From Octopus sinensis (Eukaryota), in NCBI RefSeq assembly GCF_006345805.1, contig NC_043000.1, positions 104,532,001-104,596,000 of the forward strand: a DNA stretch of 64,000 bases, in the 5' to 3' direction. The position numbers and the translations under genes were made by a program. Shown here one piece after another: positions 1 through 13,029 of the stretch. Position 1 is the stretch's first letter. Each line of letters begins with the position of its first letter. The notes beneath the pieces are model-generated. The model was given only the letters and a program-made list of their open reading frames with translations. It ran no database searches and was not told the DNA's origin.

Positions 1-1049
1 AGAGCCCATCCCTACTGACACCTAAGGTGCAACGGTTCATAATCTTAAATAGTTTATTAAGTCTACCGCTTGATTATTTCTCACAATCCAAACTCATTTC
101 TCTGTGGTACTCCGGAAACATCAACTTCTGAGATTTGCAGTTGTTTTTGCTGTCGGTGCTGTTGTTCTCTGGTTTTCTAGCTTTTCTTGGTTAAAGTCCT
201 GAAGTGGTTCTTATTGTTCACGTATTACAGTTAAACTTTTTGTCCCGCTCTACTAGTCTTATTACCCTTCTCTCTGCTCTCTGAATGGGATGCAGCCCCG
301 GGATAGATTTGTGATCTTCGGGAGAATCAGAACCTATATGTCCATACAGACTTATCCGACTACATATTATTTCGGGTCACCTTGTAACCCACTATCAGTC
401 CGACTGCATTGCTAAAGCGACGGTGAGCACAGGGTCAACGTCACAATCAGTGCTCTCTGCTATGACCTTCGTGTTACTTTGCCCCGGTTACGAAGACATC
501 AGCCTATGCACGGGTTTTGTGACATACCAGTTCTATCTATTTCTCATCTCGTCCTCAATTTATGCTCCCATGAATGAATCACACACCATCTAGAGTTTTC
601 TTTAGCTGATCTTTTGAGAGCTTACCTCCGCCGGTGTTTTCAGAGCAGAAGTATGTTAACTTATTACTCTTTATTGATTAAGTTTTCCAGGCAAAGAGGC
701 ACACTCATTTGTAACATCTTTCTTTAACTGGATTTGGCTCATGCCAAAAACGTTTTAGCTTGTAATACATGCAAAGGGGTTGGTGTTAGTACTTTCGTTA
801 ATATCGTTCGAGTTTGATTTGACTGTATTTTTCTTTGTGTACAAGTTAGGATTTTGGGGATTCAAACTGTGATTGCGAAAATATGTCGTTGACTTGTGTT
901 TCTCTTTATCATTTTTTAAAACCTCATTTATCTGTGTTTAATTCGTTTTATTGTATTTTAAAATTTTGTTATTTTCTATCCAGGGATTTTCAATGTTACT
1001 TTGTTTGTTTATAGCTATCTTAAATATAAAAAAAAAATGAATAAATGCA

Positions 1050-1053
1050 CACA

Positions 1054-1098
<45 letters not shown>

Positions 1099-1287
1099 CA
1101 CACACACACACACACATCTTCAGTAGAAAAGTTGTTTGAAAGGATTTTTTATGTTTACACAAGTTATTGGAATAGATATTCATACGTTCTAAAGTGCCAC
1201 GTTTTCAGAGTGTGAGAGAAACAAATAACTACAAAAAACTTGGGAATAATTTATTTTCTCGGAGCAGTCTGAAAATAATTTCCAAAC

Positions 1288-1358
<71 letters not shown>

Positions 1359-1456
1359 TCTTTATTAGCCTCAAGGCAACATAAATACATTAGAGTAGGA
1401 TAACATAGACAAAACCTTGCGGTGTATACACACGTACACACTCATATTATATATAT

Positions 1457-1543
<87 letters not shown>

Positions 1544-1756
1544 ATGTATATACGTATATATATATATGTATATACGTATATATATATATATGTATATACG
1601 TATATATAGATATATATTTATATATATGTGTATGTGTGCGCGCATAATAAATATATATAAATATATGTGTGTGTGTGCATGTATATATGTGTATGTGTAT
1701 GTATGTATATATATATATATATATTTATATGCACAAATAAATATATATATATATAT

Positions 1757-1835
<79 letters not shown>

Positions 1836-2402
1836 TATACACAAACGTACATATAAATACATACATACATATAAGTATATATGTACATATATATATATGT
1901 ATATGCACACACAAGACCACACATTTGTTTGAGGTATAGTCGATGCAATAATAACAATGATAATAATATATAATATGAATAAGAATACATTAAATATATT
2001 TTTCTTTTGTTTCTTTTTTTTTTAAGATCTTTCTTACATGCATTCTCATGTACACGCACAGGCATAGAATTTCGCCCGAAATACATGCACAAATACACAC
2101 ATGCATATATATATATACATAGATTCACACAAACCACTGCATGCAGTCATTTATACATATCTGCACATACACAAATATATACATTATTATGATCAAATAT
2201 ACACGTACATACATACATACATACAAACATACATACTTACATACACACACACACACGCATACATACATGCATACATAAATACATACATACATACATACAT
2301 ACATACATACATACATACATACATACATAATGCATACAGACATACGTATGTATATATGGATCTGTGATCATAATTGTATACATGCATGTCTACTTATATG
2401 TT

Positions 2403-2452
<50 letters not shown>

Positions 2453-2480
2453 CACACACATATATGTATGCATGTGCATA
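1050..2480. repeat. Compound microsatellite cluster (CA)n, (AAT)n, (TA)n, (TACA)n
   Basis: Directly visible tandem arrays. Confidence 0.95.
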
Positions 2481-2526
2481 GGTATGTACTCTTCACCAAA
2501 TGATTTTTTTATAGGTTCTAACTCGT

Positions 2527-2532
2527 TTTATT
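2527..2532 (-). promoter_or_regulatory. Candidate polyadenylation signal (AATAAA) for the GT31 gene
   Basis: AATAAA on the minus strand about 180 nt after the stop codon. The motif is common in AT-rich DNA. Confidence 0.3.
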
Positions 2533-2712
2533 CTTGTTTTGCATATATTTATATCATGTACACGCGTATATATATATATATATAGAAATACTTACAGGCA
2601 TATACACTCCAATACATTAATATACATATATATTGGTATATATACATAAACAGCCGTTCCCACATATCATATACATACAAATTTATAAACAATCATTATG
2701 TACATAATCATA

Positions 2713-3747
2713 TCAATCACAAATTTTTTCCTGCATTGCCTTCCATACCAAGTAATGTAATTTGGCCGTTATCATTTGGCTCGCCATTTTCTTGTTGGTG
2801 GCTAACTCACACGGGGAAGCTGTCTTATATGGAGAATACCATTTCAATGGAATTAATCGATGTTTAGCGTGAATCACTTCTGCTAGAATCCCTGTGATGT
2901 AAACGTCCTCCATAGACACATAAGGAATATATTCCGCCACGTCTAACAGCAAACAGGAAGTCCTGGAGAGAAACACATAGATATTACCGGAAGTGTAGAT
3001 TGGGTATCGCATATATGGATATTCAGTCCAGCTAACTTGCCATTTTGTGTACAACCGAAACGGTATGGAGTCTATGTTGATAAAACCCATAATCGTTCTT
3101 TCCCAAACGTCTTTAGACAGGAGATAGTCAAACACCATAGGTACATTGACAAAAGTGTCATCATCAATTTTCATAACAAACTTGGCTTGGGGGCAGTAGT
3201 GACGAGCCCATTTCAAACCCATGAGGACTTTACGAGTTAAATTTCGGTAACTTTCGGTAAAGTTCGCCTGTACGACATCGTTGTGCTGAGCACTTTCGTG
3301 AAGTAGCTCTCGATTGTGTGTGTCGTTGGGGTGATACCCGAAGAGGAAGACAACTTTCGTGAAGAGATTAGGAGGCGGGTTTGACGGTTGATTTCCATAT
3401 TGGCTTCTTGGCCACGGTTTTCCGATCGATACGCTGCCCCACGTGGAGCGGATTGCGTCTCGCTGGGATCGTCGCGTGTGCAGGGACACGACGAAGATGA
3501 GCAAGAAGGGAGATCTGTGTCGACAGATTTTCTCACCTGGAATTGTGTAGGTGAAGTCAAGCGGGTTGATACGTTTCCTGCTCCCACGGTAATGGCGGTA
3601 TGTATCTTCGACTGACTCCAGGAATCCATTGGGAGGATAGCTATTATTGTTGCTCTTAAAATAATGGAAAATTATGATGACCGATATGAGTGAACAACAA
3701 AAAACCACAACTTTGTGACATTTTATCCTCAAAACGCCACCAAGCAT
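2713..3747 (-). CDS. Beta-1,3-galactosyltransferase-like protein (CAZy GT31), 344 aa, type II membrane topology, coding region in one exon
   Basis: N-terminal hydrophobic anchor VVVFCCSLISVIIIFHYF. GT31 motifs RDAIRSTWG, VVFLFG, ESAQHNDVVQANFTESYRNLTRK, FVMKIDDDTFVN (DxD), YPIYTSGNIYV and EDVYITGILA. The exact orthologue cannot be assigned. Confidence 0.93.
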   Translation of the reverse strand: MLGGVLRIKCHKVVVFCCSLISVIIIFHYFKSNNNSYPPNGFLESVEDTYRHYRGSRKRINPLDFTYTIPGEKICRHRSPFLLIFVVSLHTRRSQRDAIRSTWGSVSIGKPWPRSQYGNQPSNPPPNLFTKVVFLFGYHPNDTHNRELLHESAQHNDVVQANFTESYRNLTRKVLMGLKWARHYCPQAKFVMKIDDDTFVNVPMVFDYLLSKDVWERTIMGFINIDSIPFRLYTKWQVSWTEYPYMRYPIYTSGNIYVFLSRTSCLLLDVAEYIPYVSMEDVYITGILAEVIHAKHRLIPLKWYSPYKTASPCELATNKKMASQMITAKLHYLVWKAMQEKICD

Positions 3748-3794
3748 TGGGAGAGAAGAAGAAACTGGAAGCCGTGTTCTAGAAAATGGGTTTC

Positions 3795-3830
3795 CTGAAA
3801 TGAAAAGAAAAGAAAAAAGAAAGAAAATAT
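3795..3830 (-). promoter_or_regulatory. 3' splice acceptor (polypyrimidine tract + CAG) in front of the GT31 exon; exon starts at 3794
   Basis: Minus strand reads attttctttctttttcttttcttttcatttcag|gaaaccc, 47 nt upstream of the ATG. Confidence 0.7.
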
Positions 3831-4519
3831 CAAAGAAGTTTTGGCTTTTCTTCAGATATTAAATAAGTACAAAATCTCAGTACTATACAATTCAGTACGA
3901 TTACATAAAATAACAACAAAACAGAGTACATCAAATAATGGGGTAAGTAGCGGGATTTGTTAAACATATTCTTGGCAATTTTATTGTCTTATTCATTACT
4001 TTATATATACATTTTTCTCTTTTGATCGGATCAACAGAAATGGGAATATATTTATTAATCTTTAAAAGGAAAATTGCAAGAAATCTCGAATGTAAATCTA
4101 GACACATAAAGGAAATTGTAATAAAGATTTATTCTATTCTTTGAAACCTCACTATCATAATCAATAAGATTTAGTCGAAGAAATTAAAACTGAAAGTAAA
4201 ACAAAAACGCCATGAAGCAACACGAAAAACTGTCATAACCACAACAAACTCAAAATAGACAACAGCAGCAAGAACAACAACTGCAAAATGGTTGCGATAT
4301 GAATTTAAGATTGTATTAAATTTTATAATGAAATATACATAAAAAAGCAAATAAATATATAACTGTCTTTATACATTTGAAAAGGAAAAATTAGTGTACT
4401 TTCGAACGAAACTACATGTTCGATGACATAACACTTCGATTTCTGCTTAAGACACAATGCCATACATCTTTGGAGAGGAGACAATCAATAATATCGATTT
4501 ATACAAAAGGTAAAATGCT

Positions 4520-4690
4520 TCAAATCTGGAGGTGGTTTATTGTCGATTATATCGAGCCAGTACTTGACGAGTACTCTGTTTTATCAACCCCTGAAATGAT
4601 GAAAGTTAAAACAAACCTTGATGGGATTCAGACTTAGAACGTGAATTAAATATCACATGACATTGTATCCGACGCTCCTTATTCTGTCAA
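4520..4690 (-). mobile_element. Degenerate tRNA-derived SINE (family A)
   Basis: gtcgattatatcgagccagtact...tcaacccctgaaatgatgaaagt...attcagacttagaacgt matches the family A body loosely. Confidence 0.5.
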
Positions 4691-5099
4691 CATACGTTTT
4701 ATAATTATGTATCCCTCGCCTGTAAAAAACTTAAGGAAAGGCTTCACTCACACAGTGTTTTCGAAGTAAATATGATTCTAGCAAGAAATTTGAAATAAAA
4801 TATTGACATAATCGTCCCGGCAAACCGGTTTTTATTTCAGTTCTTCTCTCATGACCCATGACAAGTGAAACCGAATCAGGAACTACGAAATAAGAAAACG
4901 AAATGAAACAGTCAGATTCACAGCGTTTTCATAGACAAAATTAATCGAGAGTGACCTTCTGAAATCATAGCCAAGATCTTGATGGAGTTCAATGGTACCG
5001 TCATGGTTGGTGAACTTAAGAAACTGATCATGAGACAACGGGCTATGTAATGCGACCGTCCTTCGTAGTATTGGACGGAAGTGCCTACAATAGTTGATG

Positions 5100-5280
5100 G
5101 ATGTTGACTATAACGACGACGATGATGATAATGATGACGACGAGGATAACAATGATGACGATGATGATAATAATGATATCGATGATGATAATAATGATAT
5201 CGATGATGATGATAATGATGACGACAAGGATAACAGTGACGACAACGATGATGATAATGATGACGATGATGATGATGAAC
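5100..5280. repeat. (GAT/GAC/AAT)n trinucleotide repeat
   Basis: Directly visible. Confidence 0.9.
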
Positions 5281-5294
5281 ATAGTTTCAGAGTA

Positions 5295-5485
5295 GTTGTT
5301 GTTTAACCATAGACCAGCAAGGATCAAGCAAGACTATGATCAAAGACATTTTTACTGTGCCTATTCTATTATTCTTATAGTTATCTAGGACAAATATTCG
5401 GACATATCTTCCCTTTTAAAGACACAGGGTTGTGATTTGAAGGAGACTCGCCTGCTATTTTTAAAGAAATCGACTGACCATGTAC
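5295..5485 (+). repeat. Dispersed ~250-bp repeat, family C (unclassified). Other copies near 5570-5710, 5840-6045 (-), 7685-7875, 9560-9725 (-), 14760-14820, 19035-19275 (-), 21478-21615 and 31690-32100 (-)
   Basis: Shared blocks ctatgatcaaaggcatt, acattatccaatg and gggtgtgatttgagggagatttggctgctatttctagc recur in both orientations. Confidence 0.65.
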
Positions 5486-7077
5486 ATATTTCCTCATTGG
5501 TTCACGTGCTTCATAGCTGTAAGTAAATTCTGAGTGACCAGTCACATGACCCAAGACATTCAAAAATGATACCTGGTCTTTTAAAAAAGTAATTACAGAA
5601 ACATTATTTGAATGTTCCTGTCTCTTTTAAGTTAGTGGTGGGGGTATAGTTTGAAAGAGATTAGGTTGTTGTTTCTAGCATATCGAGCAACCATATAAAG
5701 GATCCTTCGTGGCTTCATTGAGCTTCACATTTGTCTATAATGGTGTTTTTTTTCCAATCTCCTGGTAGCACCTACAACTAAGTAGACAGGACAGTAGAGT
5801 GTTGAAGTGTGTTGGTCAACAACACTGAACAGCACTGAGCAAACCAACGAGAGAGCTTCTACGGGGTCACTCGACTAGCTAGAAATAATGAACAAATCTC
5901 CATCGAAATAAACGCTACCGTCTTTGAAAAGGATACATTAAATAATGTGTTCTTAGGATTCCAGGATATAAAGAAAAACATGGTCCACTGTTATATGTCC
6001 TTGAACACAAGTCTTTTCGATCTGAGCTGACCTAGGAATAAACATTACCAGAACCACGATGATGACGGCGATGACGACGATGATCCCTCCCCCCACCATC
6101 ACTACACGTTGTGTAGGTGGACTGGGGATATTTTATAATTTAGTTAAAGGATGAAAAGTTGCGCTCATGACCTTTGCAGGGCTCCAAAGATTGATTAAGT
6201 TGGGGGAAGAAGAAGAATACACGTCTGATGGGTCGAGGGTTATTGGTAACTACTATATCAGTTTTTATAGGCAACGTCTCAGCTCGAAGTCCGTGGCTAT
6301 AAGCGTGTCTACTAATTAATAGGATCACACCTATATAGTATTTGACCGTGGCCTCCCACTGGCGAACCACTTCCATTCGTATCCTTTAATAAACTGTAGC
6401 AAGAATTCTCAATATCAGAAGGCTGGCCGCCTACTTGAATTACAGGTATGAAAGGCCAGAAAAAAATTTGTGCCTCGGGGAAGGAAGCGAGTGCCTTCTA
6501 TTTCACAGCCTTCTTGTCATGTCTTTGCAAACAGTGCCACAATAAAGAGAAAGTGCAGAAAGGAAAAAAAAGGGCACCAAGGCATTGAGGCACCTTAAGA
6601 TACGAAACCTGATCGGAAGGCTTCCAGCGAAATAATCTCTGCTAAAAGGTATTCAAGAGCTTGGTACGAATGTTATTGAACTGGATAACGTATTAGGGCT
6701 TCTGCAGCATTTGATGATGGTGATGCTAAGGGCTCTATATCGAGTTATTTACTGGTCTCATATCAGCCCCCCCCCCCAAGGCTTCTTCCAGCTTCTGTCT
6801 ACCAAATTTACTCATATGTTTGGTTTCATGCGCACATTAGCGAGTCAGAAATAATGAAATGAAGTGGTAGCTTTGGGAGTCGTTGAGGGTATTGCAAAGA
6901 TTAGGTACCTTTTAATTGGTCTGGATGTGGTTGGTGAGATGTTTGTTCAAGAGGTACGCCATATGGTTTGATACTGTTGTCAGCGACGTCCGTTCATACT
7001 GACTAATATTAGTATATGCACACACGCGTGGTATGGCATGCATACGTGTGCGTATACGTGTGTGTGTGTGTATATAC

Positions 7078-7124
<47 letters not shown>

Positions 7125-8399
7125 GTGTGTGTGTGTGGAAATATAAGAAGCCAGACAAATCCGACAGGCACCGATAGATTGAACTCAGAATTTACATAAA
7201 ACATCTGCAGAGGCTATGACGAAAGTTAGTCATAATATTGCGGTATATAAAAGAACAGCCTTTTGTTTCTAAATATAAAACTAGCGACTTGTCAGTCATG
7301 AACATAATAATGAAATACAAGTACGGAACGGTGAGTCTTAGAATGATTTATACCTACCTACCAACGAACAAGGAAGGGAAAGGTGGATAGCGATTATCAA
7401 CTGGCGTCTAACAAACATGATTATACTTCTGCTAAATACAACGTACTTATTATTTCTACAACAATTTTATCTGCATTAAAAAAAATATCTATAACAAATG
7501 TTGAAAAACCTCAAACGTCTTTGTGGTTGTTTATTTCCAGGTCAGCCTTATTTATTCATTCATTCATTTACTTATTTATTTGCATTTTATATTGCAAATA
7601 GTGAATAAAAGCGTCATTATTTACAAGTTTCCAAAGAACCAGTCGCTGGTTCACTACACTTCTGATAGTGAGAGGAACAAGGGATTGTTTTCCAACGACT
7701 TAACTCCTCATACACATAGCCATGCCTATGATCAAAGGCATTCAATCTGCTTATATATGAAGGATGACTACATTATCAAAGGTGTTTTTCGCTATCTTGA
7801 GACGCTAACATGTGATTTAAGGGAGATTTAGTTGCTATTTTTTTTGCAGATCAAGCGACTGCGTTGAAGCTACCTTGTGAATAGAGTGAACAGAGACAGC
7901 AGTGTAATACAGTCGCCGACAAATCGTTGTATGTGCAGTCAAGGTACTTCGTTTAAAGATGCAGAGTTCACTTAACTGTTATAATTAAAATATGATGGGA
8001 TAATATTCTGTTGTAAGAAGTGAGAGGACTGGAGAATCAGCAAGTACTTTGCCAGTTTGCCCTATAATAATGCGATTCTGGGTTCGATCACATTGCGTGG
8101 CATTTTGAGCAAGTATCTTTCTATCATAGCTTCATGTCGATCCAAGGAAGCGTTCTAAATAAAATTTGGTTGACGTAAAATATGCTGAAGCCTGGCTGAC
8201 GGCTGTATCTTTACCTGGCGATAAACCTAGTTTAATTGTCCTGTTTAACACCTCCACATGAGAAGATCCTGCAGATCTCCCTTCTGACTTAAATGTAAAA
8301 AAGTGGTTTCCTCTGGTCAATGCTACTTCCGATGGGAGAAATACTTATATCCCATCAGTTGAAAACCTACCACAAAGTGGTGGCTTATGTGCCTCAGTG

Positions 8400-8660
8400 T
8401 CCCTGAAAGCTATACCAACGGAGTGCAAGCTCTTGACAAGTCCACTCATGCCGGACAGTAAAAACATGGAGGCCAGAGTAACATGGATCTCTTCATCTCA
8501 GAGATTAAAATGGGTTTGCATAGGACCAACACCCATACCTAGAATAAAGAAAAGTTGCAGAAGCATCGATGACAATTTAAAACCAACAAGACATGAGAGA
8601 GGAAGGCTTTCCCTTAGGGACACGTATGAACAGGTCCTGAAGCGCAAATGGTGATGGATA
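8400..8660 (+). mobile_element. Highly decayed RTE-like LINE 3' fragment (tentative)
   Basis: SQRLKWV...KPTRHERGRLSLR resembles the RTE C-terminal RLRWxGH...RxRGRP pattern. Confidence 0.35.
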
Positions 8661-9976
8661 GGCACTCCTCAATGAAACTAACATCCTGCATTACACGTCA
8701 CCTAGAACCCACAAAGGAGGCGAAAGAGAGGACGTCTTAAAATAGCTGGGTGAGACTGAGATAGCTGAAAAAGCAGGGATCCAACAGGAGAGAAGTAGAA
8801 AAAACAGCGCAAAGTTGGTAACAGTGGAGAAAAGTCGCCGATGGCTTATACTCCAAAGGGAGAAAACTGAACTTGAGTATCAAGTCTGTGGAACTAGTAA
8901 CAAATTTAAACTTGGTGAAATCCCACATTTTATAAAGTTTGGAGGTTCCTTGCTGAAAATTTTCAACAGATCTCACAAAAATTGAAAACAAGTACGTCTT
9001 TTAATTATTTTGTGGTCTCCTGCAGACTGTAAGCGCGTTTGGCTTATACCTAAATTGTCTAAATCCGCCACTGTCTGGAATCTTGGGATTCATGAATGGA
9101 TTAGCCTTTTCTTTTTGCGTTAACCAGAGAAGAAATAGTCTCACTCGTGAAATTTTACAGGACCTCTGAAATTAGTGGTGCTAGCAGTGATGGTGGTGGT
9201 GAGGAGTAGGAGCAGGATAAACCGAGACTTATAGGTTGCTGCAATAGGATGTAGTCCATCAGAACAGTGAATTATCTGTAAGGAAACCTTTCCGAATACT
9301 TGCATGAAAACGAACTCTGCTAACAGCACGGAACAGTCAGGAGATGGGGCCAAATCGAGCCGCTAAGGACATGCTGCTTTGGATTTAAGTCTCTTACTGT
9401 TTAGAGCCATAGCAGTACTCTTCGTGTAATTTTTTAAATTAATAAATAACTCACTTCCATATGTTGTTGGACCGAGTAATACATATTTTTTTAAGAACCC
9501 AGAACCAAGGGCTCATACTCGGCACACCATCTTTTAAAATACACAGCTAAAGAAGATACTTCTACTTGGTCACTCTACATATTGGAAATATCAGTGAAAT
9601 CATCTTCAAATCGTACCCTTCCATCTTAGAAAAAGAGCATTTTGGATAATGTGTGTTTGGCTGTGTTAAGGCCGGAAAACTTTTGAACATAGGTCTGTTT
9701 GATCAGAGTCAGCCCGGGGTAAAAAAAACAACAAATCTCATCCATCTGGTCGTTTCAGGAGGTACTATGTATGTATGTATGTATGTATGTATGTATGTAT
9801 GTATGTATGTATGTATTGGGGTGTCTATTTGTGTATGTAACATACATACAAGTATATATAGATGCGTGTGAGTGTGTGTGTGTGTTTGTGTGTTACATAC
9901 ACATATAGATGTATACACACACAGACATGCATATACACAAGGGAATTTCTGTATGTGGTGCATATGTGCATACCGA

Positions 9977-10558
9977 TTTTATGTACTGTATATATAGATG
10001 CCTTTTCTAAGAGCATTATCGATGCACAATAAGGGAAATTGACTACAAAAACAGATTCCAGGTATTTTGAAAATCATTGAATACCTGAAATGAAATTTAT
10101 CTGACACCGTTTTCTGAAATAAATGATATTTGTAAATTATGCAAAGAATATGGTAATAAATAGAGAATAAGTAATCACGTGAAACTGTAGATTTTACATC
10201 AGAGTGTCCCTCACCTAGAAGAATGCGGTGACACACAACTCGGGATCTTTCACTTCCCAATAGTTTATTGCGTACCCTGCCGCCAACCAAAGGTATTTCT
10301 ACGCCCTCGCCCTCTGATGCATTGTCATCACAAATGCTTATTAATCCATTGCTGGGATCCTGACAGCATCAGAGTAGACTTAGGAACAATAGTGGCTAAG
10401 AGGTTGTTCCACACTCCCGAAAACCCTGGAGTTCCCGAACCGAGCACTACATACATGCATACATACATACATACATACATACATACATACATACATGCAT
10501 ACATGCATACATACATACATGCATGGATGTATGCATACACAAGCATACATCCATACGT

Positions 10559-10634
<76 letters not shown>

Positions 10635-11025
10635 GTGAAGTCGATTTGCCAACACAATGTGACAGTCTTACACAGGATGATGTTACTACTTTTTAGCTCC
10701 AGGAAAACATCTTTTCCAGCTGGCTATAGACCATGTGTCGATAGCCAGCTGGAAAAGATGCTTCTCCCGGGGTGAAAACGTAGTAGCATTGTCCTGTGTT
10801 GGCAAATAGACTTTATCATTCGGTACTGTTACTACATATTTCTCGAAGTTTCGGCTTGTCGCACATTTGTGATCCTCTTGGTTTTTCGTAGTCTCTGGTC
10901 AAATTATTTTTATGTACTGTGTATATAGATGCCTTTTCTAAGAGCATTATCGATGCACCATAAGGGAAATTGACTACAAAAACAGATTCCAGATATTCTG
11001 AAAATCATTGAATATCTGAAATGAA
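9977..11025. repeat. ~118-bp near-identical direct repeat pair (9977-10094, 10908-11025)
   Basis: ttttatgtactgt...gatgccttttctaagagcattatcgatgcac...tgaaatgaa occurs twice with few mismatches. Confidence 0.9.
10633..10818. repeat. Imperfect palindrome (foldback), ~185 bp
   Basis: catcttttccagctggcta pairs with tagccagctggaaaagatg; aagtcgatttgccaacaca pairs with tgtgttggcaaatagactt. Confidence 0.85.
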
Positions 11026-11860
11026 TATCTGCTAAATGATAATTAAGTTGTAGAGTAAGTTCTGATGGAAAGATACTATAGAAAGTTTTTATTGACCAAA
11101 GCTGGAGTTGTGTTATTATTCAGACATCAGTTATGCGCGTAAAACTTTTTAATATTGTGTGTTTATTTAGGTGTCTCAATTTCAGATCTTGGGATTATTT
11201 TTAAGGTTCACAAAATAAATAATCTAGGAAGGTGAAAAGGTTAACTGGTCAGCAGATGTGTTAATAAGTTTAGTTGTTGTTGATGTTACTTAAACATTAA
11301 TGGGGGATTCAACCTGCTTGTTCTGGGAAGCTGCAGCTCAGAGCAGGCTTTATTGTTCGGATGGATGTATTTCGAACTCGTTAGTTCTCTTCAACATCAG
11401 TTCTAAATGCATCCGTCAGTTCAATAAAAGCACTATTTTGTTTTAATCGAGAATATTTTTTCTCCTTGACACTGTTATATGATTTATGTACATAGTTATT
11501 AAAAACAGGATAAGGCAGGTAAGATATGAATGTATGTGGCATTACAACATACGGTTGATTTACTCTTTGCGGAACATGGTATACAAAGTATGTTATGCAA
11601 AACAAGTTGAAGAAAGTAAAAATACATTTCGTAGAACAAAGTGATAGAGTCTTGTGTAGCGTTCAAAATGATCTACTCATGTATTCAATACCATAACTTT
11701 CTGCAAAACCGGTTTAAATTTTTTGAACGTTTGAAAATGCAATTTGGCGCGAATTTACAAAAGTTTTCTTTAATGTCGTCACAGCTAATTGCTACATGCC
11801 AGCCGACACTGATCGATCGATAAACATTTACGTAGATGTTCACGCCTTTATGGTGATATA

Positions 11861-12103
11861 TATTTCTTTACTACCCACAAGGGGCCAAACACAGAGGGGA
11901 CAAACAAGGACAGACAAACGGATTAAGTCGATTACATCGATCCCCGTGCGTAACTGGTACTTAATTTATCGACCCCGAAAGGATGAAAGGCAAAGTCGAC
12001 CTCGGCGGAATTTGAACTCAGAACGTAACATAAGACGAAATACTGCTACGCATTTCGCCCGGCGAGCTGCGGCGTGCTAACGATTCTGCCAGCTCGCCGC
12101 CTT
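11861..12103 (-). mobile_element. Full-length tRNA-derived SINE (family A) with 14-bp target site duplication
   Basis: Head ggcggcgagctggcagaatcgttagc (A-box-like), gagttcaaattcc (B box), conserved body gactttgcctttcatcctttcggggtcgataaattaagtaccag. TSD tttatggtgatata at 11847-11860 and 12106-12119. Confidence 0.9.
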
Positions 12104-13029
12104 CTTTTATGGTGATATAATTAGGCTCACGGAGCCGGTCGTGCCTTTTATGGAAATATAGTTGGGCTGGAAATTTGAGTATGGTGGTTCGAATTTAGGC
12201 AGAGACCAACTACACGATCTAGGAACTTCATGCCAACCAATTAAACGGCCTTACTATGGGCATGGTCTAGGATATCATTGTTTTATGTCGTACATTGATG
12301 TGGGGAAATAAATGCAGAAATGCTCAAGCACAGATATGAGCTGAAACAAATGACGGATCCTCCATCGGTTTCGACGATATGTATTCAGAAATTCGATCGA
12401 CTGAACTACCTACTCAGTAAATTAATGTATAAATGGCTGCGTATACAGCTAGCGTAAATTCTCTGGCCGAATCAACGTCACACAATACGTGACAAAGCTT
12501 GATCTTTGAATATCAGGTATAATCCATCTGATGGGTCTCAATGCAGTTTTCTTCCACCCAATTTCGTTCACGAAGCTTGAGTCGACATTTATATAAAATT
12601 GTTTTGTAACTCCGTCGACAACAAAACAATATACTGCATTCATTGAGTCCTCACTACTCGACATAATGAACAAGGAAACGTTACTATTTTCTTTCCTTTC
12701 CCCAGTATTTTTCTCGCCTTAACCTGCCACGAGGCTCAGAGAGTGGTACTGGTGTTGTACAGGTGTTTGTCACTATAATCCAATGACGAACAGTTGTTTC
12801 TTTATGGTGATTTCATTTGTCATTCCATTTACTGAAAGTCCTATGGCAAGAGAAGAGGTACAACGCGTACAGACCTTAACCAGTTGGAACGTATTGACCA
12901 ATTTTTAAAAAGATGGTAGGTATGATTTCAATCTGCTGGTAAGTATGATTCTAATCTGCAAAGTTTCTTTGTTGTTTTGTTGAAACATCCGTGGTCAAAA
13001 GAGCGCTTTCAAAACCTGAAAGTAATATT

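Noticed and set aside
1-660. Relatively GC-rich, complex sequence, possibly a LINE 5' region or exon
   Set aside because: No ORF, motif or second copy in the window supports a call.
938-2585. Many ORFs rich in YI, CV, HT and MYVC repeats, here and throughout the window
   Set aside because: They are translations of (TA)n, (CA)n and (TATG)n microsatellites, not genes.
3037-3629. ORFs overlapping the GT31 gene in other frames
   Set aside because: Shadow frames of a real CDS with no recognisable motifs.
9055-9075. aatccgccactg, a Harbinger-type TIR end
   Set aside because: No matching left TIR found.
12350-12530. Possible decayed SINE body of another family
   Set aside because: Too diverged, with no clear second copy in the window to confirm it.
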